A stretch of DNA of 28,487 bases, taken from Alphaproteobacteria bacterium (GTDB lineage: Bacteria > Pseudomonadota > Alphaproteobacteria > ATCC43930 > CGMCC-115725). Below the pieces are notes generated by a model. The model saw nothing but the letters and a program-made list of their open reading frames with translations, was not told where the DNA came from and searched no databases. A program made the translations under genes and the position numbers. Every line of letters begins with the position of its first letter. Position 1 is the stretch's first letter. Below, piece after piece: positions 1-10,300 of the stretch. The stretch is from positions 1 through 28,487 of the forward strand of contig JAFAWI010000074.1 of NCBI GenBank assembly GCA_019241915.1, written 5' to 3'.

Positions 1-792
1 ACGCAAAACGGGCTGGGCTCGGTGGCGCAAGGCTACCTCGAAGGCTCGCAGACGAAGATGGATGTGATCGCGAACAACCTCGCGAACATCAACACCAGCG
101 GGTTCAAGCGGATGCGGCCGGTGTTCAACGACCTGCTGTACCAGAGCCCGACCCAGGTCGGCGGCTTCACCTCGCAGGCGACCAATTATCCCTCGGGGTT
201 GCAGCAGGGCACCGGCGCCAATGTCGTGGCGACCGAGCCGATCGTCACGCAAGGCAGCCTCGAACAGACCGGCAATGCGCTCGACCTGGCGATCAACGGC
301 CAGGGTTACTTCCAGGTTCTGATGCCGTCGGGACAGATTGCCTACACCCGCGACGGCAGCTTTCAGATCAGCGCGCAGGGGCAGGTCGTCACCGCAAAGG
401 GCAACCCGCTGCAGCCGCCGATCACAATCCCGCGCGGCGCCACCAGCGTCACTGTCGGCAGTGACGGGACGGTCAGCGTGCAGCTTCAGGGCCAGGCCAA
501 CCCGTCGCAAGCGGGGCTGATCCAGCTCGCCAATTTCATCGACCCCGCCGGGTTGCAGAACGTCGGCGGCAATCTGGCTCTGCAGACCCAGGCCTCCGGG
601 GCGCCGATCACGGGTCAGCCGAGCCAGAACGGACTCGGCTCGATCGCTCAGGGCTATCTCGAAGGCTCGAACGTCTCGGTGGTGGACGAGATGATCGACA
701 TGATCGCGACCCAGCGCGCCTACGAGCTTAATACCGAAGCGGCCAAGGGCGTCGACCAGATGCTCAACTACCTGACCCAGGCGACCGCGTGA
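1..792 (+). CDS. flgG: Flagellar distal rod protein FlgG (frame open from base 1; true start not visible, N-terminus anomalous)
   Basis: MDVIANNLANINTSGFKR, DLLYQ, TGNALDLAINGQGYFQV, YTRDGSF and C-terminal QGYLEGSNVSVVDEMIDMIATQRAYELN motifs; lies directly upstream of flgH. Confidence 0.93.
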   Translation, partial: TQNGLGSVAQGYLEGSQTKMDVIANNLANINTSGFKRMRPVFNDLLYQSPTQVGGFTSQATNYPSGLQQGTGANVVATEPIVTQGSLEQTGNALDLAINGQGYFQVLMPSGQIAYTRDGSFQISAQGQVVTAKGNPLQPPITIPRGATSVTVGSDGTVSVQLQGQANPSQAGLIQLANFIDPAGLQNVGGNLALQTQASGAPITGQPSQNGLGSIAQGYLEGSNVSVVDEMIDMIATQRAYELNTEAAKGVDQMLNYLTQATA

Positions 793-1526
793 CGCTGCGC
801 CCGCGGGCTTCGCCGGCGGCGGTGCTGCTCATTCTTGGCGGCGGTGTCGGCGGCTGCACCGCGGTGCCGCCCAGCGAATCGAAAATGCTGGCCGATCTGG
901 CGCATTTGCCGGGCGATCAGGCCACCGAGACGCCGGTCACCAACGGCGCGATCTACCAGGGGAACGTGCAGGGCGCGGGGCTCGAGCTGTTCCGCGACCA
1001 TCGCGTTTGGCAGGTCGGCGACATCGTCACCGTGCACATTGTGCAGGCCGCAACGGCAACCAAGAACGTCAGCCAGAACCTTGGCCGCAACGACAGCGTC
1101 AGCAGCAGCCTCAACAATCTGGTCGGCCTGCCTACGACTTTCGGGAAATCGAGCAAATCGACCAAGTTCAACCCCAACGTCAGCTATACCAGCGCCAACA
1201 GTCTGCAAGGCAGCGGCGCCACCGCCCAAAGCGACAGTTTCGCCACCACCGTATCGACGATGGTCCAACGCATCCGACCGAACGGCGACTTGGTCATCGC
1301 CGGCAACGACGAGGTGAAGCTGGTCGGCGGCAAGGAGTACATCCGTATCGCGGGCGTGGTGCGCCCGGAGGATCTTTCGGGGAACATCGTCGAATCGACG
1401 CAGATGGCCGAGGCCCATATCGAGTTCAGCGGCGATGGCGAAACCTACCTGGCGCCGAAGATGGGCTTTGTGCAGCGCCTCTTTCTGACGGTGAGTTCGG
1501 CATGGCCCGGCGATTGGTTCAACTAA
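789..1526 (+). CDS. flgH: Flagellar L-ring lipoprotein FlgH
   Basis: Signal peptide ending VGGC (lipobox Cys); LFRDHRVWQVGDIVTV, RPNGDLVIAG, IRIAGVVRPEDL, STQMAEAHIEFSGDG motifs; GTGA overlap with the flgG stop. Confidence 0.93.
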   Translation: MTLRPRASPAAVLLILGGGVGGCTAVPPSESKMLADLAHLPGDQATETPVTNGAIYQGNVQGAGLELFRDHRVWQVGDIVTVHIVQAATATKNVSQNLGRNDSVSSSLNNLVGLPTTFGKSSKSTKFNPNVSYTSANSLQGSGATAQSDSFATTVSTMVQRIRPNGDLVIAGNDEVKLVGGKEYIRIAGVVRPEDLSGNIVESTQMAEAHIEFSGDGETYLAPKMGFVQRLFLTVSSAWPGDWFN

Positions 1527-2638
1527 GCCGCTATGCGCCGGTGGCCCTGTGGCTGGCGGCGGCCGGACTTGCTTTGGGCGTTGCGGCCGGCGCCGCATGC
1601 GCCGACCGGCTTAAGGAGATGGTGCAGGTCGAAGGCGCACGTGACAACCAGCTGATCGGCTACGGCCTGGTCGGCGGTTTGCCCGGCACCGGGGATCAGA
1701 CGACGCAGGTGCCGTACACCGTACAGGCGATCCAGAACATGATGCGGCAGATGGGGTTGACGCTCTCTCCGCAGGCCTTTCTGCAGCCGACTGCGGTGGC
1801 GGCGGTGATGGTGACCGTCGATCTGCCCGCCTTTATGCAAATCGGCCAACGCATCAACGTCACGGTCTCGGCGATGGGCAACGCCAAGAGCCTGCGCGGC
1901 GGCGTGCTGCTGATGACCGAGCTGCGCGGGGCAGACGGTCAGGTTTATGCGATCGCGCAGGGTTCGCTGCTGGTGAGCGGGTTTGAGGCCAGCGGCCAGG
2001 CCGCCTCGACCACGGTCAACATTCCGACCGTCGCGCAGATTCCGGGCGGCGCGACGATCGAACGCACCGCCAAGTCGAGCTACGCGACCGGTGAATCGAT
2101 CCTGCTCGATCTCGACCAGCGCTCGTTCGGCAACGCGGCGCGTATCACCGACGCGATCAACGCGCGTATGGGGCCCATTGCCCAGGCAGTGGGGCCGGCG
2201 CAGATCGCGGTGCACGCACCGCTCGCGCCGGCCGGGCGGGTCGGCTTTATCGCCCAGCTGCTGGATATCGAGGTGGCGCCCGACCGGCCGCCCGCCGAAG
2301 TAGTCATCGATGCGCAAAGCGGCACCGTGGTGCTGGGTCAAGACGTTCAGATCGGTCCCGCGGCCGTCGCCTATGGCAGCCTCGCGGTCACCGTGAACGA
2401 AACGCCTCAGGTGTCTCAGCCCGAGCCTTTCAGCAATGGCCGGACCCGAACGGTGCCGCGGACCCAGGCCAAGGCCGAAGAGAAGACGGCCAAGATCATC
2501 GAGCTGCGGAACGCCCCGCGCGTTTCCGACATCGTCCGCAATCTCAATGCGATCGGCGCCACGTCGTCCGATTTGATCGCGATTTTGCAGGCCCTGAAGG
2601 AGTCGGGATCGCTGCACGCGCGGATCAAGGTGATCTAG
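1502..2638 (+). CDS. flgI: Flagellar P-ring protein FlgI (start ATG 1502 or GTG 1541, not 1007)
   Basis: Signal peptide, then RLKEMVQVEGARDNQLIGYGLVGGLPGTGD, AVMVTVDLP, SAMGNAKSLRGGVLLMTEL, and C-terminal LIAILQALKESGSLHA. Confidence 0.95.
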   Translation: MARRLVQLSRYAPVALWLAAAGLALGVAAGAACADRLKEMVQVEGARDNQLIGYGLVGGLPGTGDQTTQVPYTVQAIQNMMRQMGLTLSPQAFLQPTAVAAVMVTVDLPAFMQIGQRINVTVSAMGNAKSLRGGVLLMTELRGADGQVYAIAQGSLLVSGFEASGQAASTTVNIPTVAQIPGGATIERTAKSSYATGESILLDLDQRSFGNAARITDAINARMGPIAQAVGPAQIAVHAPLAPAGRVGFIAQLLDIEVAPDRPPAEVVIDAQSGTVVLGQDVQIGPAAVAYGSLAVTVNETPQVSQPEPFSNGRTRTVPRTQAKAEEKTAKIIELRNAPRVSDIVRNLNAIGATSSDLIAILQALKESGSLHARIKVI

Positions 2639-3748
2639 GTGGACCTCGGCGCGGCACAGACTTTGGCGGCGGCAACCGGCGGCGACGACCTCGCGAAGCT
2701 AAGGCAGGCCGCCGGCAACCCACTTGCGGCCCGCAAGACCGCGCAGCAGTTCGGCGCGCTGCTGATGCAAAATCTGATGCGGCAAAGCGATGGCACGGCG
2801 CTGCCGATGGTCGCCGGCGCCGGCAGCGATGCGGTCAATCAGATGTTCGCGAGCACGATCAGCCGCGCGGTGATGAGCCATGAAAAAACCGGGCTGACCG
2901 ACCTGATTCTGCACTCGATCGCAAAAAAGCAGCAGCAGGCGGGGGACAATGCAGCGGCGGACACACCCGCCGATGCAAAGCAGCCGCGCCCGAGCGCCGA
3001 CCGTGGACTGTCGCTGGCCTCCTATTGGCAAGGCAATGGCATGCGTCCTCTTGCGGCGGCGGCCGCCAAAGGCGCCGCGATGCCCGGGGGCGGCGCGCCG
3101 CTGGCGCTGATGACGCAGATAAACCCAAAGCTGGCGACCATGTTCGGGGCGGGCGCCAACGGCTCGGCCGCGCCCGGCGAGGCGCCGCCGACGGGTTCGC
3201 CGCGCGTGTCGGGCGCCGCCTCGTCGGACGAGATCGCGGCTTTCACGCAGAAACTGATGCCGCTGCTCCAGCGGGCGGGCGCACAGCTCGGCATTGCGCC
3301 CAAAATCCTGCTGGCGCAGGCAGCGATCGAGACCGGCTGGGGCCGCTCGGTGGTGGGCAACAATTTGTTCGGCATCAAAGCCGGGTCGTCCTGGATGGGG
3401 GACAAGGTCGAGGCGGCGACGCACGAATACCAGAACGGCGAACTGATCGGCATCACCGACGCGTTCCGCGCCTATCCGGATTACGCGGCGTCGGTGCAGG
3501 ATTTTGTGGCCTTGGTCGCCAACAACCCGCGCTATCAAGGCGCGCTTAACGCCGGCGACGATGTCGTCGCTTATGCGCAAAACCTGATCGCCGGCGGCTG
3601 GGCGACCGACATCAACTATGTCCGCAAGCTGCAGGCGGTTGCCGCGAGCCCAGCGCTCAATGCGGCAACTTCGGTCGCGCCGCCGTCGAGTGCGGTTGGC
3701 CGGCCGGTGCCGCTGCTGCCGGTAAGCTTCTCGCTGGCGGGACAATAG
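2639..3748 (+). CDS. flgJ: Bifunctional FlgJ (rod-capping domain plus GH73-type peptidoglycan hydrolase)
   Basis: N-terminal [22 protein letters not shown]; C-terminal [11 protein letters not shown] (catalytic Glu), [22 protein letters not shown]; follows flgI. Confidence 0.9.
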   Translation: MDLGAAQTLAAATGGDDLAKLRQAAGNPLAARKTAQQFGALLMQNLMRQSDGTALPMVAGAGSDAVNQMFASTISRAVMSHEKTGLTDLILHSIAKKQQQAGDNAAADTPADAKQPRPSADRGLSLASYWQGNGMRPLAAAAAKGAAMPGGGAPLALMTQINPKLATMFGAGANGSAAPGEAPPTGSPRVSGAASSDEIAAFTQKLMPLLQRAGAQLGIAPKILLAQAAIETGWGRSVVGNNLFGIKAGSSWMGDKVEAATHEYQNGELIGITDAFRAYPDYAASVQDFVALVANNPRYQGALNAGDDVVAYAQNLIAGGWATDINYVRKLQAVAASPALNAATSVAPPSSAVGRPVPLLPVSFSLAGQ

Positions 3749-3755
3749 GGGCGCG

Positions 3756-4127
3756 ATGGGCGACGACCATCCCAGCCTCATTCGCCGCGAAATCCACGCA
3801 GCACGGCGGCTCGCACGTCTTTTCGGGCTCGAGCGCGGTGGCCGTGTGCGGCGCTGGCCGCCGGCTGCGGCGCAGCGGCTCGCGGAACGACGTGGCCGGC
3901 TGATCGATGAGCTGATCGAGCTGGAGGCGCGGCGCCGCTCGTTCGAGCCATGGACGCCGACCGAGCTCGATCTGGCGATGGGACGCTTGCGCCGAGAAAT
4001 CGAGCGCAGCGAACAGACCTGCCGCGCGCTGCTGGCGGAACTGGGGGCTGAACTCGCTGGCCGCGGTGAAGCGCCGCCAAGCGGGGTGCGCGGCGACGCC
4101 GCCGGTCGGCTGCTGGGACGCGGCTAA
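3756..4127 (+). CDS. Probable FlgN-like flagellar export chaperone (123 aa, helical)
   Basis: Fills the flgJ-flgK gap and is coupled to flgK by a TAATG overlap; size and helical pattern (AERRGRLIDELIELE) fit FlgN; no diagnostic motif recognised, so the call is positional. Confidence 0.5.
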   Translation: MGDDHPSLIRREIHAARRLARLFGLERGGRVRRWPPAAAQRLAERRGRLIDELIELEARRRSFEPWTPTELDLAMGRLRREIERSEQTCRALLAELGAELAGRGEAPPSGVRGDAAGRLLGRG

Positions 4128-6076
4128 TGACGGGGCTGACCCAACTTGTCAACACCGGGCTCAGCGGGCTCGATGCCGCGGGCCAGGCGCTCGCGACGGT
4201 GTCGAACAATACCGCCAACGTCAACACACCGGGTTACGACGTCGAAGGCGTCCGGCAGGCCGCAATACCTGGCGCGCCGGGCAGCGTCGGCGGCGGGACA
4301 CAGGTCACCTCGATCCAGCGCGCCTTTGATCAATTTGTGTTTTCGCAAATGGTCGGTGCAACCTCGAGCAACCAGGCGGCACAGGTGGCGCAAAGCAACG
4401 CGCAAAATCTGGCGGCCATCTTTCCGATCGCGTCGGGCGGCGCCAGCGGGCTCGGCGCGGCTATGACCAGCTTTTTCTCGGCGATGAATGGTATCGCCCA
4501 GGATCCGGCAAGCCTGCCCAACCGCGGTGCATTTCTTGCCCAAGCGCAAGCGCTCGCCTCTGACTTCAATTCAGTCGGCAGCCAACTCGCCGGCAGCCTC
4601 ACGATGATCGACGGCCAGATGAGCGCCGCAGTCGGCCAGATCAACGCCCTGACCCGGCAGATCGCGGGCCTCAATCGTCAAATCATGACGCAATCCCCGC
4701 CGGGGGGCGGCGCCGCGCCGAATGCCCTGATGGACAGCCGCGACAATCTCATTCAGCAGCTCGGTCAGGAGCTCGGCGTAAAGGTCATCGCGGGGTCCGG
4801 CAATTCGCTCGATGTCTATACGCTCGGTGGTGCCGTACTGGTTGACGGCGGCACGTCCGCCAATCTCGTCGTTTCGTCCGGCAGTTACGGCGGCAACGCG
4901 ATGTCGATCGCCTATCAGCCGAACGGACAGGACATCACCGCGACTCTCAGCGGCGGTACGATCGGCGGCCTCGTCAGCTCGCAAGCGCAGGCCGTCGCCG
5001 CGCAGAATTCTGTCGGCGGCTTGGCTGCGGCGCTGGCCGCCGGCGTCAATGCGCGCCAATCGCTTGGCCTCGACCTCAATGGCGCGCTTGGCCGGAGCCT
5101 GTTCTCCATCGGCGGTCCGAACGTGCTGGCCGCCGCGTCCAATACCGGCGGTGGCAGCTTGGTAGCCTCGATCACCGACAGCACCGCGTTTGTTTCCGGT
5201 AACTTTGTTGTCACCAAGACCTCCGGCGGGTACGAGGCCAGCGATACGGCGACCGGCAATGTCACCGTATTGGGCAGCGGGCCGAGCCTCAGCTTCGACG
5301 GGATGACGCTGGCCGTCTCGGGCACGATCAATACCGGCGATTCCTTTCTGGTGGCACCGACCGCGACCGCCGCGCAGACTTTGAGCGTGACCACGAGCGA
5401 TCCGCGCGCGGTCGCCGCGGGAGCGGCTTATGTCGCCACGCCCGGCAACAACCGCGGCGGCGTGGCCGTCAGCGCCTCGACCCCGGCGGCCAGCGGTTCG
5501 CTCGCCGCCGGCGCCGCGATCGTTCCGGCGGCGGATTTTGGGCAAAGCCTGACGGTCAAGTTTACCTCCGCCACGAGCTTCGATGTGCTCAGCGCCAGCA
5601 ACGCCGTTGTCGCTTCAGGCACCTTCAGCGCCGCGAATGGCGGGCAAGTGGCAATCGCTTATCCGGCGCCGACTCCCGCCGGTCAGGTTGCCGTGCTGAA
5701 ATTGTCGCCAGGCACAGCGGCGGCCGGCGATACATTCTCGCTCACACCGGATGGCCCGAGCAGCGGCGGGAATATTGTCGGCATGACCGATCTGGCGAAC
5801 CAGAGCCTGCTGTCGGGACAAACGCTGAACGGAAGCTACGCCGCGCTTGTGGCGCAGGTTGGCAGCGCCGGGCAAGCGGCGAGCTTGGCGGCACAGGCGG
5901 CACAGGGCGTGCTCGCTCAGGTACAGGCGGTGCAGCAATCGATCTCGGGCGTCAACCTCGATGAACAGGCGGCCGATCTCGTCAGCTATCAGCAGGCGTA
6001 TCAGGCCTCAGCCCAGATCATCGCCAGCGCCCAGGTCTTGTTTCAGGGGCTGATCGCTGCGGTTCAGGCGGGCTAG
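4127..6076 (+). CDS. flgK: Hook-associated protein 1 FlgK
   Basis: GLSGLDAAGQALATVSNNTANVNTPGY, LMDSRDNLIQQL, C-terminal QSISGVNLDEQAADLVSYQQAYQASAQII. Confidence 0.95.
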   Translation: MTGLTQLVNTGLSGLDAAGQALATVSNNTANVNTPGYDVEGVRQAAIPGAPGSVGGGTQVTSIQRAFDQFVFSQMVGATSSNQAAQVAQSNAQNLAAIFPIASGGASGLGAAMTSFFSAMNGIAQDPASLPNRGAFLAQAQALASDFNSVGSQLAGSLTMIDGQMSAAVGQINALTRQIAGLNRQIMTQSPPGGGAAPNALMDSRDNLIQQLGQELGVKVIAGSGNSLDVYTLGGAVLVDGGTSANLVVSSGSYGGNAMSIAYQPNGQDITATLSGGTIGGLVSSQAQAVAAQNSVGGLAAALAAGVNARQSLGLDLNGALGRSLFSIGGPNVLAAASNTGGGSLVASITDSTAFVSGNFVVTKTSGGYEASDTATGNVTVLGSGPSLSFDGMTLAVSGTINTGDSFLVAPTATAAQTLSVTTSDPRAVAAGAAYVATPGNNRGGVAVSASTPAASGSLAAGAAIVPAADFGQSLTVKFTSATSFDVLSASNAVVASGTFSAANGGQVAIAYPAPTPAGQVAVLKLSPGTAAAGDTFSLTPDGPSSGGNIVGMTDLANQSLLSGQTLNGSYAALVAQVGSAGQAASLAAQAAQGVLAQVQAVQQSISGVNLDEQAADLVSYQQAYQASAQIIASAQVLFQGLIAAVQAG

Positions 6077-6083
6077 GGCGGCG

Positions 6084-7343
6084 ATGCGCATCAGCACCAA
6101 TGAGTTTCTCCTCGGCTCGCTCAACGAGCTGTTGGCGCAACAGCAGAACGTCAACAAGCTCAATCGCGAGATCGCAACCGGCCAGACGCTGCTTAGCCCC
6201 GCCGACGACCCCAGCGCGGCGGGTCAGGTGGTCGGCCTGGCCGACCGCATCGGTCAGTTCGGCTACGAGGCCGCAAATGGCCAGGCGGCATCGCAGACCC
6301 TGCAAAACGGCATCGGCACGTTGCAGCAAGTGACGACGCTGCTGGCGCAGCTGCGGCAAACCGCGGTCACGGTGGCCAATGGCAGCGCCACACCAAGCGA
6401 CCGGCAGGCTGCGGCCGTGAGCGCTCAGACCCTGCTGCAGCAGCTGGTCCAGTTGGCGAACACGCAGGACGGCAACGGCAACTATCTGTTCGCTGGGTCG
6501 CGGTCCAACGCACCGGCTTTCTCAACGCTGCCGAATGGCCAAGTGGTTTTTGATGGTGACGCTTCGGTCAGCCAGGTGCAAATCGCGCCGTCGCTCAGCG
6601 TTCTGTCGACGATCTCGGGTCAAAACATCTTTATGAATGTTCCGGCCGGATCGCAGGGGCTTGCGGTATCGGCCAACGCGGGCAACATCGGGGGTGCCTA
6701 TGCGGTGGCCGACGGCGTGACCAATCTGGCGCAGGTCAGTGCGGCAGGCCGCGCCGGAACGCAATACGACATCACCTTCTCCGGCAACACCTCGGGTCTG
6801 GCCTATACCGTGACCAGCGGCACCGGACCGCCCGGCAGCGCCGGCTACAACGCAACGTCAGGCGTCGTCGCTTCCGGAAGCTATGCCGCGGGCGCCGATC
6901 TCACCTTTGCCGGAATCGACGTCTCGATCCACGGCAATCCAGCCGCCGGCGACAGCTTTGCCGTGCAGCCGGGCGCGACGACGACCGTCTTCCAGAGCGC
7001 ACAAGACCTGATCGCCGCGCTGCAGATGCCGCAGGGGAGCGGCGCGCAGGCGGCCCAGGCGCAACAGGCCTTCCAGAACGTACTGGCGAACCTTAGCGGC
7101 GTGCAGACGAGCATCTTGTCGGGACAAGCCGTGCTGGGTACCAGCCTCTCAGAGATCCGCTCGGCTCAGACGCAAACCTCGGCGTTGAGCGCCAATGCCG
7201 CCGGCACGATGTCCGATCTCCAGTCCGCCAACCTGCCGCAGGTGATCGCGAACTACAGCGAGAGCCTGACCGCACTACAAGCGGCGCAGCTGGCTTTTGC
7301 CAAGGTGCAGAACCTGACGCTGTTCGCGGCTATCGCGCGATGA
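6084..7343 (+). CDS. flgL: Hook-associated protein 3 FlgL
   Basis: MRISTN start, IATGQTLLSPADDPSAA, LANTQDGNGNYLFAG, flagellin-like C-terminus; follows flgK. Confidence 0.95.
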   Translation: MRISTNEFLLGSLNELLAQQQNVNKLNREIATGQTLLSPADDPSAAGQVVGLADRIGQFGYEAANGQAASQTLQNGIGTLQQVTTLLAQLRQTAVTVANGSATPSDRQAAAVSAQTLLQQLVQLANTQDGNGNYLFAGSRSNAPAFSTLPNGQVVFDGDASVSQVQIAPSLSVLSTISGQNIFMNVPAGSQGLAVSANAGNIGGAYAVADGVTNLAQVSAAGRAGTQYDITFSGNTSGLAYTVTSGTGPPGSAGYNATSGVVASGSYAAGADLTFAGIDVSIHGNPAAGDSFAVQPGATTTVFQSAQDLIAALQMPQGSGAQAAQAQQAFQNVLANLSGVQTSILSGQAVLGTSLSEIRSAQTQTSALSANAAGTMSDLQSANLPQVIANYSESLTALQAAQLAFAKVQNLTLFAAIAR

Positions 7344-7363
7344 TTGCACCGCGGTGGTTTAGC

Positions 7364-7392
7364 ATGACGAATTTCGGGAATTCCCATACACT
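7364..7392 (+). promoter_or_regulatory. Candidate sigma70 promoter giving a leaderless transcript of the glycosyltransferase gene
   Basis: ATGACG (7364-7369)-N17-TACACT (7387-7392); the predicted +1 falls on the A of ATG 7399; no Shine-Dalgarno sequence present. Confidence 0.5.
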
Positions 7393-7398
7393 GCCGCC

Positions 7399-10300
7399 AT
7401 GAACGACATCGCCCGGGCGGCGGACAAAGTGCCTCTGGCGGCCTGTGACGCCGGCGCTCTCGCCGGCTCGACGGCGCTCATTGTCCTCGGCATGCACCGC
7501 AGCGGCACGTCGGCGCTGGCTGGGATGCTGCATCATCTCGGCGTTGCGCTGGGCGAGCGGCTCATGCCGGCCACGCCGGACAATCCCCGCGGGTATTGGG
7601 AGCACAGCGATATCGTCGCGATCAACCATCGGCTGATGGCGACGCTGGGTCACGGCTGGGACGATCTGCGCCCGATGCCGGCCGGTTTCTTGCGCGAGCG
7701 CGCAGCGGCCGAGGCGAAGGACGCGCTCGCGAATGTGTTGCGCCGCGACTTCGCCGGCGCCGCCCTGTGGGCGGTCAAGGACCCTCGGCTATGCCCGCTG
7801 ATGCCGCTGTGGGGTCGTCTGATGGCACAGGAGCGGGTCGGGACGCGCTATCTGCTGGCGATCCGCCATCCGCTTGACGTTCTGGCCTCGCTGCGGACGC
7901 GCGACGGGCTGAGTGCGGAGCGTGCGGCTTTGTTGTGGCTGCGGCATGTGCTCGATGCGGAGCGGGCCACGCGCGGCGCGCGGCGCGTCATCGTCCATTA
8001 CGAAGAGCTCGTCCGCGATGCTGGTTGGCGCGGCGCGGCAACGCGCATCGCCAACGAGCTGGGCATCTCATGGCCGCGATCGCTTGATGCGGCAGCCCCC
8101 GCCATGAATGCGTTTCTGACGCCGGCGCTGCGCCGTCACCGCGCCAGCGACGCCGTCAAAGACGAGCCGCTGCCGCGCTGGCTGCGCGAAGCGTATCGAG
8201 CCTTCCGCGCCGGCGAGCTGCCTCTGAACGAGATCTGCGACGGGCTGAGCGGACAGCTCGCGGCGGCGGGCGACCTCTATCTGCCGATCCTCGAAGAGAC
8301 CGGGCGGGCGCTGGTCGAAGCGGGGCAACGGGAAGCCCGCGCCCAGCACGAGGCGGCGGAGCTGCGCGAGCGGATACGCCGCCTGGCCGACGACAGCGCC
8401 GTGCTGAAGCAGGCAGCGTCCGCGGTATCGCTTGGCGGCGCGGGCCCGCCGCCGCCGCTTTCGGCTGACGAGGCGTTTCCGCGGTGGATGATGGCGCGCG
8501 CCTCGACGGCCGTGGCACGCCAGGAATGGGTCGCCGAGCGAATGGCCTTGTGGCCGTTTGTGCCGGTGAGCGCGCTGGGGATGATCCTGGTGCCGGGCAG
8601 CGAGCCGTTGCTCGACCTGACGCTTCGCGCGCTCGAATCGCAAATCGCCGGCGACTGGCGCCTGCATGTGGTGTGCGAGACGGCGCGGCCGCCGGCGCTC
8701 GCAGCACCGGATCGCATCGTGTGGCACGAGGTTGCCGGGCGCCCGGCAGCCGAGCTTACCCGGCAACTGGCGGCGTCGGGGGCGCACTGGGTCGCGCTGA
8801 TTGACGCTGGCGACCAGTTGGCGCCGCACGCGTTGTTCGCGGTGGGCGACGCGTTCTTCCGGCACCCCGAGTGGCAGGCGCTCTATACCGACGAGGCCCG
8901 CATCGGCCCCGATGGCGGCTTGTCGGGGCCGCACTTCAAGCCCGACCTCAACCTCGAGCTGTTGCGCGGCTTACCCTATGTCGGCGCGCTCCTGGCCGTA
9001 CGCCGCGAAATCTTTGCCGAGCTGGGCGGCTTTGATCCGGCGTGGGACGGCACCGAGGAATACGATTTGGCGCTGCGGCTTGCGGAGAAAGCGGGCGAGG
9101 GCGGCTTCGGGCACGTCGCCGACATCCTTTACCATCGGCTGACAATCTCCGGGCGCTCGCGGCGGCCGGCGGCCGAGATTTGTGCCGACATGCCGAAGAT
9201 CGTCCAGGCGCATCTCGACAGGGTAGGAATCGCGGCGAGCGCCGAGCAGGGCGTACCGGCACACACCTGCCGCGTACGGTATCGGCATGACGGCGCGGAG
9301 CCGCTGGTCTCGATTATTGTGCCGACCAAGAACCAGGTGGCGCTGCTCAAGCGCTGCGTCGAGTCGGTGCTGAGGCTGACCGAATACGAAACTTACGAAG
9401 TCATCGTCGTCGACAACGGCAGCGACGATCCCGACGCCGCAGCTTACCTGCAAGCAATCGAAGACAAGCACGCCGAGATCGGCAGTCGCCTGAGGGTATT
9501 CCGCGACCCCGGCCCGTTCAACTTCGCGGCCCTCAACAACCGCGCCGTGCGGGAGGCCGCGCAGGGCGATTACATCTGCCTGCTGAACAACGACGCGGCG
9601 CCGCTCGATCGAGTTTGGCTCGGCGAGATGATGGCGCTGGCGCGGCGGCCCGATGTCGGCGCGGTCGGCGCCAAACTGACCTACCCAGACGGGCGTATCC
9701 AGCACGCCGGGGTTATCCTCGGGGTCGGCTGGGGCGCCCCGGCCGACCATCCCTATATCGGCGAGCCTGGGACCGCGATCGGTTATTGGGGACGGCTGCT
9801 GGTTGCGCAGGAGCTATCGGCGGTCACGGCCGCCTGTCTGGTGACGCGGCGTTCGGTATGGGATGCGGTGGGCGGGCTCGACGGGGAAAACTTCGCGGTC
9901 GCCTACAATGACGTCGACTATTGCCTGCGGGTGCGCGAGGCGGGCTATCGGGTCGTATGGACTCCGCAGGCCCGGCTGCTGCACGAAGGCAGCGCCAGCC
10001 AGCGTGCGGCAGCCGCAACAGGCAGTGTCGCCGACGGCAATGCGCGGTTTGTCCGCGAGCGCTTGGCGATGTACCGCAAATGGCTGCCGCGCATCGCCTT
10101 CGACCCGGCCTATAACCGCAACCTGTCCTCGCTGGGTCCCGGCTTTGCGGTTGAGATCGAAGGCGCGCCGACATGGGACCCGGAGTTTCGGCCGCGCGAG
10201 CGGGTGCTGGTCTACCCGGCGGACCGCGAGGGCTGCGGCGAGTACCGCATCATCGCGCCGAGCCGGGCGCTGGCAAAGTCGGGCACGGTACATGCTTATG

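Noticed and set aside
1007-1501. N-terminal extension of the FlgI ORF
   Set aside because: Overlaps flgH in another frame; the signal peptide and FlgI homology begin at about 1502-1541
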